Shown: in pieces, positions 38,154 through 47,708 of the stretch
Layout: every line of letters starts with the position of its first letter
Numbering within the stretch: position 1 is the first letter of the stretch
IMG/VR virus record: IMGVR_UViG_3300031413_000570
Strand: one strand, 5' to 3'
Source: a virus
Lineage: Duplodnaviria; Heunggongvirae; Uroviricota; Caudoviricetes
Length of the DNA stretch: 64,000 nt
Program-made: the position numbers and the translations under genes
The notes under the pieces: model-generated
The model's input: only the letters and a program-made list of their open reading frames with translations
The model's database searches: none
Told to the model about the DNA's origin: nothing

Positions 38154-39896
38154 TTATGAATCCTGTAATGCTGGGTTCAAAGCTCCTGGGTTCAACTGGA
38201 TAGTTGAAGTCTTACCTTCTGTTGTTGTGAACTTGACCATACCGCCTTGTTCGCTGACTGTTTTGATGTTCTCGTAAGTTGCTTCGTCAATATTACCGAA
38301 GTTACCTGAGAGGTCCCAATCGTAAATACGGAAATCGTCTTCACCTTGACAGTTAGCTACACCGTACTCACCTTGGTAGGTAGTTGGCAGCTTACCAGCC
38401 TGGAGTTCATCCAAGCAGGAGTTTGAAGTTGTTCCTGCAGCTGGTTTTGCTGCACGATAGAAGTTGGTCATTCGGTAGCTGCTTGTGACTTCAATTCCAA
38501 CAGTTGGAGCATTGGAGTTGTATGAACTCTGGGTGTAGGAATCTGTTCTGTCTTCACGAGGAATTTCGTAGTAGAACTCGCTTGGGGTGTTTGACGCCTG
38601 GGAGAAGAACGGTGTACTTGAACCGTTGAGGTACAATTCAACTGTGGTTCCGTTAGCTGAAGTCCAGAACTGTTCCATGCTTCCTGGGCTGTAGTAGTAA
38701 GCCTGTCCTGTTGGGTCACAAGCAACTTTCTTGTAAGTTCCCTCTTCTGACCAGCAACCGTCAGTACGAGCGGTAAGTGTTGGCTGTCCCATTGTTTGGA
38801 ACATTGACTCGTAAGATGTGAACATTGCAGACATGCTGGTGTTACAGTTTTGGTCAACATAGAAAGCGGTTGCAAGGGTTTCATTGGTTGTCTGAGCATC
38901 AGTGTATAAGTTGTTGTACTTGTTGCACTGACCGCCAGGCTGGTCACCGCCTGGAGGGGTGAAAGACCCTGCTACGTTGATGGTGATTGAGTCAGGACAA
39001 CCAGCTGGTAGGAAAATTACTTGCCCTCTTTCAGCGAAAGTTTGAGCTTCTTCCAGGGTAGCTCCAATGTATCCGTTAGTGGTTTGGATGCCTACTGCTG
39101 TCTGGATTCCGTCTGATGATTGAATGTATTCCCAGCTACCAGCAATCTCAATTTCTTCACTGTCTAAGTAAGCTTTTACTTGTGTTACCTGTGTGGCTGG
39201 GTCTGTAGGTGCGCAAGTTGGGTCTGGTTCAACACCATAGTTGATTTCACCATTGCGAATGTGAATAACTGCTGAGAGACCCTGTTGTTCAAAATAGGTT
39301 CCATCAAGGGAGGAGTTGTATCCAATACCACCGTTGTCATCACCGAACATGTCTTCAAGGTTCAGACACTCTGACTGGTCACCTTCTTGGTACATGCGAG
39401 GTGCGCTGATTTTGTTGTCAATCCAGAAACGGTTGCCTGTCTCTGAGGTAATGACAGCAACATAGCAGTCTTTGTTGTTTGTTCCTGTGGAAACTATAAG
39501 ACGTTCAGATTCTTGAAGCAAACCTCCATGTTCGGCTTTCAAATCGTCATAGTTACCAAAAGTCTGTTTCTTCTCTCCATCATCGCCAACGCTGAAACCA
39601 GCATATGCTGACTCTGCTGTATGTACTGAGGAGAGAGATGCTTTTGCTGCTTTGTCCTGTGCCCAAGGAATGATAGCGAATACTGTTGCAGAGATTACTC
39701 CACCGATGAGGCCGATGACGATGACACCAACCATGATGGAAGCTAAGTCAATGGCGGCTTGTGAAGAGCTAAAAGCTGCTCTTATTTTTGTGTAGTTTTG
39801 AATAGGCGGGTGCGTGCTGCCAGCAGACATACAGATTCTTCTCTCTAAGGGGGTTAGGTAGCTGAAAAAAGTATCGGTTATTAACAAGCTTTTCAC
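38154..39896 (-). CDS. large exported protein with type IV pilin-like N-terminal domain (paralog 1 of 4)
   Basis: After a leader, SSSQAAIDLASIMVGVIVIGLIGGVISATVFAIIPWAQDKAAKASLSSVHTAESAY closely matches the N-termini of the ORFs at 60000, 61407 and 62891. A large variable C-terminal domain follows. The true start is probably the internal MSAGSTH. Confidence 0.55.
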   Translation of the reverse strand: MKSLLITDTFFSYLTPLERRICMSAGSTHPPIQNYTKIRAAFSSSQAAIDLASIMVGVIVIGLIGGVISATVFAIIPWAQDKAAKASLSSVHTAESAYAGFSVGDDGEKKQTFGNYDDLKAEHGGLLQESERLIVSTGTNNKDCYVAVITSETGNRFWIDNKISAPRMYQEGDQSECLNLEDMFGDDNGGIGYNSSLDGTYFEQQGLSAVIHIRNGEINYGVEPDPTCAPTDPATQVTQVKAYLDSEEIEIAGSWEYIQSSDGIQTAVGIQTTNGYIGATLEEAQTFAERGQVIFLPAGCPDSITINVAGSFTPPGGDQPGGQCNKYNNLYTDAQTTNETLATAFYVDQNCNTSMSAMFTSYESMFQTMGQPTLTARTDGCWSEEGTYKKVACDPTGQAYYYSPGSMEQFWTSANGTTVELYLNGSSTPFFSQASNTPSEFYYEIPREDRTDSYTQSSYNSNAPTVGIEVTSSYRMTNFYRAAKPAAGTTSNSCLDELQAGKLPTTYQGEYGVANCQGEDDFRIYDWDLSGNFGNIDEATYENIKTVSEQGGMVKFTTTEGKTSTIQLNPGALNPALQDS

Positions 39897-39974
39897 AGGT
39901 TCTCATAACACCTAATTGAAAAACAATGGCGGTCCAGGACAATTAGCATCCTGGACCGCCATAATGATGGTTTG

Positions 39975-40787
39975 TTATTTGGCTTGTGCAATCATTTTCA
40001 ACACTGCCGGCACTTCTTTCCACTTCTTCACACGATACTTTGAAGGGACAGCTGCGTTGTACGCATTCTCAAACGCGATAACCGTTTTACCGTTCTTCTG
40101 TAGAGTGTTAATCTGCTTGTCAGAGTCATCAATGTACACATCGATACCTGGGACTTTCTCTTTGTCCTCAGTGTGAGTGATAGAGGTGAAAGGAATGCGG
40201 TGACGACGCAACCACTGACGGGTCTCTTCATTCCATCTATTACCACGAGCTGTCACAACGCGAACTTCAACGTCACGGCTACTGACCAAAGTACGGAGAG
40301 TTTTGCTCACCCCATCAAAAGCTTTCATTTTGGAGTAGACACCATTCTCTTCCGCTGAATGGAAAGCATCCAAGAAGGAATTCACGTCAGTGAACCATCC
40401 TGAATCTACGAAAGAGTAATGAGTTGGAGGGCTGGGAAGAAGCGTCTCAGCCTGCTCAGGAGTAAGGCCCTGTGTCTTCATGACATGGTTACGAATAGAT
40501 TCCGTAAAGTCACCACTTGTGTTGTCCACATCCAACGCGAGAACCAAAGGTGTTTTGCGAAGGTTGGTTTCACGCTCAGCTTGAGCGATGAGGTTTGCCC
40601 TACGGGTTTCATATTTCGCAGCTAACGCGTCTTTGCCTTGAGCTTTGAGGTCAGCGATACCAGCTAATGAAGTGAAGTAGTTCCTTCTTGCAAGCTTGAT
40701 GCGTTCAAGATCACCAGACTTTTCTGCAGCTTCAAGTTTGATGCGAGCATGGTAGCTGCAACGAGGGTATGGTTTGCGTTTGCACAT
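39975..40787 (-). CDS. HAD-superfamily 5'(3')-nucleotidase-like protein with N-terminal C-x7-C-x2-H motif
   Basis: DxD HAD motif LALDVDNTSGDF after an N-terminal extension of about 80 aa that begins MCKRKPYPRCSYHA. Confidence 0.55.
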   Translation of the reverse strand: MCKRKPYPRCSYHARIKLEAAEKSGDLERIKLARRNYFTSLAGIADLKAQGKDALAAKYETRRANLIAQAERETNLRKTPLVLALDVDNTSGDFTESIRNHVMKTQGLTPEQAETLLPSPPTHYSFVDSGWFTDVNSFLDAFHSAEENGVYSKMKAFDGVSKTLRTLVSSRDVEVRVVTARGNRWNEETRQWLRRHRIPFTSITHTEDKEKVPGIDVYIDDSDKQINTLQKNGKTVIAFENAYNAAVPSKYRVKKWKEVPAVLKMIAQAK

Positions 40788-40840
40788 AGTTTTGTATTCC
40801 TAACAGATAGCAAGAAAAATCTTATCTGCTGCACACCATA

Positions 40841-41035
40841 TCAGTCTTCGAGCATTTTTTCCAACGCAAATGACAGGAACACAGCAATTTCGTTAATATC
40901 ATCGTTCATATTGTGTGAAGTCACTGTCACTTCCACTTTACCGTCAACTTCACGGAACCCTAAAGCAACTTTCTTCATTTCGCCTTCTTTGAAAGGAGGT
41001 AGTTGCATGGGAGCAAGGTCATTCGTAGTCATGGT
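40841..41035 (-). CDS. hypothetical small protein (start uncertain)
   Basis: The track ORF 40841..41119 overlaps the upstream gene by 85 nt. Internal start MTTNDLAP chosen. Weak call. Confidence 0.3.
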   Translation of the reverse strand, partial: TMTTNDLAPMQLPPFKEGEMKKVALGFREVDGKVEVTVTSHNMNDDINEIAVFLSFALEKMLED

Positions 41036-42339
41036 TACGATATCGGCTGTAACGCCTTCAGGTTTGTTTTTCGGAAAGCAGATGGCGTGTACACAAGCAA
41101 CACAGTCAGCAGCATCCAATTACCCTCAAGCAGCAGACGGGATTCCGTAAGAGCTTGGATGAACAAGCAACCACCGAGCAGGAACAAACCTAGAGGTAAG
41201 AAGCTGGAGTTTCTTCCTGCGTGCTCCACCAAGCGCCAGGAGCTTCCTAAGATGTACAGAGTCATAGCTGCTAAAAGAATGACACCCACTACGCCCAGTT
41301 GGAACCAGACATCCAGATATGCATTATGAGCATGAGCTACAGGCACTCCACCTAATGTGAGTATTCCGTTGAAAGGCTCCTTCCAGACAGGCCAGTAACT
41401 AACCCAACCCCAACCTTCAGGCTTCTGCAAAGCAAGGTCAGCAACTCGTTTCCAGATTTCAGTGCGGTTAGTGAGGTTAGGGTCACGGTCAAAAACACCG
41501 AACAATTTGTCGTAGTTTTTCAACGCAGCAACACCAAGAACAATGCAGAGTCCAACAAAAGACCATGAGGTTATCCGTCTGAACTTTTCTGGGGTGAAAC
41601 GTATAAGCATCGCACCAACAACAATGATGGCAACAGCCAGCAAAGCCAAAGAGATGGTAGCTGAAACTGTCAGAAAATGTGTTCCTAACCCTACAGCTAT
41701 CCAGCTAAGACTCACCCATTTGTTTGTGAGCTTCTCCAACAAAGTCACCACTGAAACAACGATAAGGAGCAATGCGACAAAGCCCAACAAGTTTCTGTTG
41801 CCCATGAAACCTTGAATTGGACCACCTGTGAACAGGTTGTTCTCTGACCAGTTCAACACACCAGAATTTTTCTCAATATCAGTCAAGCCCACGAATTCCA
41901 TAAACACTGGCAGAACAGGTCTCCTGAACAAAGTGGCAACAACTGTTTCGAACATCAAACTGCCGACCACACAGATTTGTAGTCCGTAACCTAAGAGAAC
42001 TATCAGTTTTTTCCATTTGTAAGCAGAGGCAACTAAAAGTCCTATGAGGCTGGTTGCTGCCAGGATGATACTGGCTATGAATGTTTCCAAACGGTAAGTG
42101 GACCAAATCGTGGACAGAGCTGCTAAAGCCACAAAAGTACCCAACAAAAATGGGGTTCGGCGTTTACTCCAGGTACCCCAAAAAAGCCAGACAGCTACAC
42201 TGACGGTCACCAGGCTAAGAGTTCCGTAGCCGATGAGACCGATCAGGTTTCTCAGCCCTTGACCAGCGAAGAGGAGTACAAAAATCCAGACAACGAAACT
42301 GTCTTGAAATTTCTGGGAGTGTCGTACTGTTGAAATCAA
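41035..42339 (-). CDS. O-antigen ligase/polymerase-like (Wzy_C/WaaL family) integral membrane protein
   Basis: About 12 transmembrane helices. Periplasmic loop with HAHNAYLDVWFQLG is typical of the O-antigen ligase family. Confidence 0.55.
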   Translation of the reverse strand: MISTVRHSQKFQDSFVVWIFVLLFAGQGLRNLIGLIGYGTLSLVTVSVAVWLFWGTWSKRRTPFLLGTFVALAALSTIWSTYRLETFIASIILAATSLIGLLVASAYKWKKLIVLLGYGLQICVVGSLMFETVVATLFRRPVLPVFMEFVGLTDIEKNSGVLNWSENNLFTGGPIQGFMGNRNLLGFVALLLIVVSVVTLLEKLTNKWVSLSWIAVGLGTHFLTVSATISLALLAVAIIVVGAMLIRFTPEKFRRITSWSFVGLCIVLGVAALKNYDKLFGVFDRDPNLTNRTEIWKRVADLALQKPEGWGWVSYWPVWKEPFNGILTLGGVPVAHAHNAYLDVWFQLGVVGVILLAAMTLYILGSSWRLVEHAGRNSSFLPLGLFLLGGCLFIQALTESRLLLEGNWMLLTVLLVYTPSAFRKTNLKALQPIS

Positions 42340-42458
42340 TGAAAACCTTAATTTGTTGTGTTACACTGTAGCTATTCTACAGTTTTTCTGATTTAGCCCA
42401 CTTTGCAGCTGTTTCTAATATCAGCACGGCAGACATATAGAATGATCCAGTACCCAGA

Positions 42459-43073
42459 ATGGTTACTGTAATGATAGAAAGAATTTTGATGGACGACGAC
42501 ATTACCCCCTCCTCTGAGGTTGTAACTCGTTCTAAGAAAAAACGCAAAATTGGTTTCCTTGACACGATCATCTTTGGTCTGGCAGCAGGAATCATTCTGA
42601 ATCTATTCTTCGTGGACAGCTATGTTGTCCCTTCTTCCTCCATGACGAACACTTTGCAGGTCAAAGATTACATGGTGTCTGTTCCTGCATTGGACAACAG
42701 ACAAGCACCTGACCGTGGCACTGTTGTCGTTTTCAACCCTCCAGCATCTTGGGGTGAACCTGCTGGAACGGTGTTCGTGAAACGCGTAATAGCTGTTGGT
42801 GGCGATACCATCTCCTGTTGCTCAGATGATGGCAAACTTCTCCTCAATGGTGAGGAACTAAATGAGGATTACATCAAAGATGGCGTGAACGATGTCAACA
42901 AAGAATTCACCTACACTGTCCCAGAAGGGCAAGTGTTTGTCCTGGGTGACAACCGGTTGAACTCAGCTGACTCCAGGTACCACCCTAATGACCCTTTCGT
43001 GCCAGTGGAAAGCATCCTGGGTCAGCCTAAGTTCGTTATGTGGCCGTTGAATCGTATTCACGCCATCAACTGA
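42459..43073 (+). CDS. lepB: signal peptidase I (LepB/SipS type)
   Basis: Box B VPSSSMTNTL (catalytic Ser), box D VKRVIAVGGD (catalytic Lys), box E VLGDNRLNSADSRY, and an N-terminal transmembrane anchor. Confidence 0.8.
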   Translation: MVTVMIERILMDDDITPSSEVVTRSKKKRKIGFLDTIIFGLAAGIILNLFFVDSYVVPSSSMTNTLQVKDYMVSVPALDNRQAPDRGTVVVFNPPASWGEPAGTVFVKRVIAVGGDTISCCSDDGKLLLNGEELNEDYIKDGVNDVNKEFTYTVPEGQVFVLGDNRLNSADSRYHPNDPFVPVESILGQPKFVMWPLNRIHAIN

Positions 43074-45791
43074 TTACAGGCTTTTCAGGAACTGAACAAT
43101 AGGTTCAGCAACAACTCGTCCCAGTTCGACAGGAACAGCATTACCTATTTGACGGTACTGTTTCTCCAGGACTGTGTTGGTTGTTCCACGAGAGGTTGTC
43201 ACAAAATCATACCAGTCAGGGAATGTCTGGATTCGTGCAGCTTCTCTTACAGTGAATCTACGGTCTGCAGCGTCTAAGCTCCACAGGTCTTGCTCCAGCT
43301 TCTCCTGAGGCACTCCATCAGGATGCAAAGGCAGGTGTCGCCCTGTTGCTAAGATAGTCTTTGACGGAACATCCCAGTCAAGTTTGAACCTTCTGGAACG
43401 GTAACGTGAAGAGAAGTCTCCTTCATAGTGTTCATCGTTCAGGTCCCTCAAGTCGTAGAAAGCATCTCTTTGAGTTTTGTACGGAAGCAAGCCTTCACCA
43501 TGAGTGGCAGCAGGGTGCTGGTATTCAAATTCAATGTCGTTTCGCACACCAACAATAATCAGTCGCTCTCTCATCTGAGGCACACCATGCTGGATAGCTT
43601 TCATCAGCTTGTAGTAGATGGTGTAACCTGCTGCTGCAAAATCTTCAACTATCTGATTGAAGGCTTCACCTTGACCATGAGTAAGCAAGCCCTTGACGTT
43701 TTCTGCTACGAAAATTTTTGGCTGAGCGTCAACAACAGCTCGCACGAAATGCAGGTACAGGAAGTTGCGAGGGTCATCCAGCATACGAAGACCTGCTGCT
43801 GAGAATCCAGGGCAGTTGTGAACTACGAATCCATCTGCTACGAATGATTCATCCTCGGCTACAGTAATATCGTAAACAGGAAGTACTCCCATTTCGTTTC
43901 TCACCTGTAAACGCTCCACAGGAACCCATACGTAACTGTCATCATGATGAGCTACGGTAGTGTCAGTTACAGTCACAATCCAGGAACTGTATTTTGGTGA
44001 AGACACAATAACATCCTGTGCAGGGTTCAAGCTACGAAGGATTCGAGCCACGCCAACAGCTAAGTTCTTGCTGTGTACTTCCTGGTCAGAGTTGTGGAAT
44101 AGGAAACCTTCAAGGAAAGCTTTCTGCCAAGCTCGCGGTTTCTGGTGAACTTCTTCAGGAATGACTTTGTTCCATTTTGTGGTTCCGAACAGTTTCATCA
44201 TCTTGTTCAGCTGTTCACTGTGCACAATGACGTTTTTACCTTCTTTTGAACAGACAGCATCAATTTCAGCCAACAATGCCAGGAACTCTTCATCATTGTA
44301 AGGAGTAAGGTAGCTTGGCTTGTGTTCATCGTTCAAAGTTTTTGTACCGCACTGAGCGAAAACGCCGGCTAAGTAAGCAAACTTGGCTTCTTTTTCGGTT
44401 ACTTCATCTGTACTAAATGTGCTGATTGGGTGAGACACAAACCAACCTGGCTGAATGTTCTCAGCGTGGACCCATTTGGGTTCAGAGTCAACAGTTTCTT
44501 TCACCCAGTAAGGATGGTTTACAGTTGAGACAAGAGGAAGAGAACCGTAAGCGTGCAAGGTAGCTGATTTGTTGACGTTACGGGTCATGGTGTCGGTTAC
44601 TTCACGGTAGCGACCTTCATGGGTGAGAACAAAATCACCTTTCTCGATGTCTTCAATGTTTTTGTAGCCTGTTTTTGTTGCTACGCCTGTTCCTTTAGGG
44701 AAGCAGGGGAATCCACCTAACAGAAGGTCTGCGTCAGGGAAGCTGTTGATTTTTTTGATGTCTCGTTCGTCAACGAACGTTTCAGGGAAGTTGAGACGGT
44801 AAGAAGCTACTGCATCTTTGAAGTTGTCATTCACGTAGACCGTGTGAATGAGGTTATCTTTACGGAGCTCGTCAAACACTCTTTTGTCTTTGTAAGCTGC
44901 GTCCACTTTCTCTTTACCGTGAACTGCTTCAAGTCCAGCTAACTCGAAACCTAAATCTAATCCACCTGCACCTGCGAACAGGGACAGCACTTTGTACTGA
45001 CCATCAGGTAAGTTCACTTCTGGGTAGACATCCTTTTTATCTGACACTGAAGGTGAATGTTCTGCGATTTTGGCTTTCAGAACGCGGGAAGCTTTTGCAG
45101 GAAGTTCCTGGAGTCTTTCAACTTTTCTCAGGATGTTCTCCACAATTTCGCGTTCGTTGAACTGCACGCCAATCATCATGTCAAATTTGGTGTAGTCATC
45201 CAGTGCAGTTTCTGAGACATGGTTCAACTGCTCTTCAGTGTATTTGATACCATCACGCTTGTTTCGACGCTCTGCGAGAACTTCTTCTGGAATGTCAAGA
45301 CGTAGAGCAACACCTTGATTGTCAACCACCGTGTCCATTTCATTAGGGAAACGTGCATCTGAAACGAAAATGAAGTCTGTTTCTGACTTGTTGACGAAGT
45401 TCAAGAACAAGTCAGTCCAGTACTCAGGACGCTGCTTTCTGCGAATCTCTGTACCAAGGTACTGAAGAGATTCACGGATTTTGACTGTTCGTGAGTAACC
45501 GTTGAGAGTTTCATCTGCAAGCACTTCTGTTCTCAGATTAGTAGCAATCAGGAGAGCATCGTCGTAGTTGATGTCCAGATTACGAGCGATGGAGAAAGAA
45601 AGAGTCAGTTCATCCTGTTCAGGGAAAGCTCGAATCATAGAGATGATTTCGTTGAGTTCCTGCTTCAGGGGTGCAGCGAAGGCTGTGTAGTCGATGGTAA
45701 AACCAAGACGTTTCAGTTCGTTTACAAGCTTGTCAGTCAGGTAATCTTTACCTGACGCAATTTTTCCTGATACGCCGATGAGGGTGGCCAT
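43074..45791 (-). CDS. fusion of a dNMP-kinase-like domain with a DNA (cytosine-5)-methyltransferase interrupted by a LAGLIDADG intein
   Basis: N-terminal GVSGKIASGKD P-loop resembles T4 gp1 dNMP kinase. MTase motifs: I LFAGAGG, IV GGFP[intein]CPGFSAAG, VI ENV, VIII QMRERL, X GNAV. One continuous 905-aa ORF. Confidence 0.75.
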   Translation of the reverse strand: MATLIGVSGKIASGKDYLTDKLVNELKRLGFTIDYTAFAAPLKQELNEIISMIRAFPEQDELTLSFSIARNLDINYDDALLIATNLRTEVLADETLNGYSRTVKIRESLQYLGTEIRRKQRPEYWTDLFLNFVNKSETDFIFVSDARFPNEMDTVVDNQGVALRLDIPEEVLAERRNKRDGIKYTEEQLNHVSETALDDYTKFDMMIGVQFNEREIVENILRKVERLQELPAKASRVLKAKIAEHSPSVSDKKDVYPEVNLPDGQYKVLSLFAGAGGLDLGFELAGLEAVHGKEKVDAAYKDKRVFDELRKDNLIHTVYVNDNFKDAVASYRLNFPETFVDERDIKKINSFPDADLLLGGFPCFPKGTGVATKTGYKNIEDIEKGDFVLTHEGRYREVTDTMTRNVNKSATLHAYGSLPLVSTVNHPYWVKETVDSEPKWVHAENIQPGWFVSHPISTFSTDEVTEKEAKFAYLAGVFAQCGTKTLNDEHKPSYLTPYNDEEFLALLAEIDAVCSKEGKNVIVHSEQLNKMMKLFGTTKWNKVIPEEVHQKPRAWQKAFLEGFLFHNSDQEVHSKNLAVGVARILRSLNPAQDVIVSSPKYSSWIVTVTDTTVAHHDDSYVWVPVERLQVRNEMGVLPVYDITVAEDESFVADGFVVHNCPGFSAAGLRMLDDPRNFLYLHFVRAVVDAQPKIFVAENVKGLLTHGQGEAFNQIVEDFAAAGYTIYYKLMKAIQHGVPQMRERLIIVGVRNDIEFEYQHPAATHGEGLLPYKTQRDAFYDLRDLNDEHYEGDFSSRYRSRRFKLDWDVPSKTILATGRHLPLHPDGVPQEKLEQDLWSLDAADRRFTVREAARIQTFPDWYDFVTTSRGTTNTVLEKQYRQIGNAVPVELGRVVAEPIVQFLKSL
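43815..44705 (-). other. intein (297 aa, with LAGLIDADG homing endonuclease) inserted at the catalytic Cys of the MTase PC motif
   Basis: Begins CFPKGTG. Block B TVNHPYW. LAGLIDADG motifs YLAGVFAQCG and FLEGFLFHNSD. Ends VVHN followed by +1 Cys. Excision restores GGFPCPGFSAAG. Confidence 0.7.
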
Positions 45792-45891
45792 CGAATGTGC
45801 CTGCTTTCTTGTTTACTGGGTTACTTTATTCTATCGGAAACCTCCGACAAAAGCCAGTTTGAACCAGGGGTGAGGGAAAGTTTATTAAAGT

Positions 45892-45930
45892 ATTTTGTCC
45901 CCCACAAGAGCCTTGTGGGGGACAAAATTA
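45892..45930. terminator. perfect hairpin TTTTGTCCCCCACAAG-AGCC-TTGTGGGGGACAAAA with A/T flanks
   Basis: Between the mazG stop and the MTase gene start. Confidence 0.6.
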
Positions 45931-45951
45931 CAATTCAATGTTTAGGGCTTT

Positions 45952-46623
45952 TCAGCCTTTCCAACCTTGACGCTTCAAAACAGCTGCAATGTCAGGTGTG
46001 AAGAAGTTTGGTCCTTTGAGAACTTTTCCATCTTCGCGGTAGATTGGCTTGCCGTCTTCACCAAGTTTGGACATGTTGGAACGCTGTACTTCTTCCAGAA
46101 CATCATCCAAGTCAATACCTAAGGAGAAAGCTGCAAAGTAGGCACTGGAGATGATTGTGGTCAGTAACGCACGAATCTGGTCTGGGTTACCTTCAAGAGT
46201 GTGACGAACGTAGTTGTCGTAAGCAACAGCTGTTTTGTTCAAGCCTGAAGCAGTCATGTTGCGGGAAAGAACGTTCAATGTTGGAATTGGACGAATCTTC
46301 TGACGCTGGCGGCGGTGAACAACACGCAAGACCTCAGCAGGGGTTTCTTTGTGTCCACCGAAGGAAGCATCAACATCGACACCATGAGTAATTGCTGCAC
46401 CGTAAGCTACGTAAACCAGGTCAGCTAAAGCATCAGCCATTTCGACTAAATCGTTAGCTTTGTTAGCGTCCCAGAACTCACTTGCTTCTTCGAGGATCAG
46501 TTCGGATCGCATAAGCTTCTCAGGAACATCATAAACAGGTTCGGTGCGAACAGGCTGGCCGTAGGTTTCGTGGAAAGCAAGGACCAGGAGTGAAGGGGAG
46601 GGGTAGGTTTTCTTATCAGTCAT
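45952..46623 (-). CDS. mazG: MazG-like nucleoside triphosphate pyrophosphohydrolase
   Basis: All-alpha NTP-PPase signature: EEASEF ... EMADALADLVYV ... EE..R...K, with acidic metal-binding helices. Confidence 0.65.
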   Translation of the reverse strand: MTDKKTYPSPSLLVLAFHETYGQPVRTEPVYDVPEKLMRSELILEEASEFWDANKANDLVEMADALADLVYVAYGAAITHGVDVDASFGGHKETPAEVLRVVHRRQRQKIRPIPTLNVLSRNMTASGLNKTAVAYDNYVRHTLEGNPDQIRALLTTIISSAYFAAFSLGIDLDDVLEEVQRSNMSKLGEDGKPIYREDGKVLKGPNFFTPDIAAVLKRQGWKG

Positions 46624-46741
46624 AGTAAAAATAGTCTATCGGATCAACTCTTTTTGCCACAGTTTTCGTAGTAGGGCTTTCATTACCCGATAATAGAAGG
46701 GTTACGCCTTTGCACCTGGAAGAAAGAAGTCGCCAACCCCC

Positions 46742-47665
46742 ATGAATCTTGTTCACGAAGTGTGTCGAATTCTTAGCCAGAATTACATCACCTACGGTAT
46801 CGTGAGATTAGACTCTTTGAACCGTTCACCTCATCACATTCTCAGTGATAACGAACGTGTATTTGTCAAGCTCCTCCGGCCGGAAACTAACCCAGCTCCT
46901 CTGCAAACAGAAATTGATTTCGCAGTAAACACCACTTACGGTACTAACCCTCTATTCGATAATGTTCACCACAGGTCATCACGAGGACTTCCTCTTGTAC
47001 TCTCTGCCTGGGAATGGGAACGTCTGTATCCTATTGGGACTAACATGAACCCAATGCAAGCAGCTCATGCAGCACGGGAGCTGTTCTACATCCATAACAG
47101 CTTGAAGTACCCTGAGCTGAATGAGAGCTCTAATGATGATTACTTACGCTACGGAGAGAAGCTGGGTTCTCCTTCGTTCAAGTATTTGACTGCTGAGAAT
47201 CAGAACCGTCTACGGGATTTGTTCAAAGTGATTATTCAGCCTGTTACCAACATGATTTCTTCGACACCTGAAATCAATGTTGTCAGTCACGGACGTGCAA
47301 CACCAGAGAACTTAGTAATGAAAGAAGACTACAGCGTTGTTTGGACCTCTTTCGAAGAATCAAGAGCTGCTCCGCGTGAATATGATTTAGCTCATCTGTA
47401 TCTTCACCTAGTTCACCGAATGCACCGTCCTGAACTATGGACAGTTGCTCGTCAAGAATATGAGACTCTTTTGGGTAGGTCAGTAAGCGATTACGGTTTG
47501 AACCAGTTTGCAGCTCTTCTTCTGGGTCGTAGAGCTTTGACAATTGCTTCGAAAACGCTCCATGCTACTGATGAAGGCGAACTGAATTCTTTCCTCAAAG
47601 AGTTAGAGCCGTTAGTCAAAGGCGTATCTGTTGATGCTGTAAAAAACTTCACCCATCTTCACTAA
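46742..47665 (+). CDS. protein-kinase-like / APH-type phosphotransferase fold protein (possibly degenerate)
   Basis: VFVKL (beta3 Lys), VVSHGRATPENLVM (catalytic-loop HGD changed to HGR, followed by N) and REYDLAH. Confidence 0.4.
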   Translation: MNLVHEVCRILSQNYITYGIVRLDSLNRSPHHILSDNERVFVKLLRPETNPAPLQTEIDFAVNTTYGTNPLFDNVHHRSSRGLPLVLSAWEWERLYPIGTNMNPMQAAHAARELFYIHNSLKYPELNESSNDDYLRYGEKLGSPSFKYLTAENQNRLRDLFKVIIQPVTNMISSTPEINVVSHGRATPENLVMKEDYSVVWTSFEESRAAPREYDLAHLYLHLVHRMHRPELWTVARQEYETLLGRSVSDYGLNQFAALLLGRRALTIASKTLHATDEGELNSFLKELEPLVKGVSVDAVKNFTHLH

Positions 47666-47708
47666 AAGCTCGATTTGCGGTTCAAACGTTAATGCGGTAG
47701 GTTAGAGA

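Noticed and set aside
42459-43073. Signal peptidase I processing the pilin-like N-termini at SKA|A
   Set aside because: The hydrophobic core lies after, not before, the putative AxA site, so this is not a type I signal peptide configuration.
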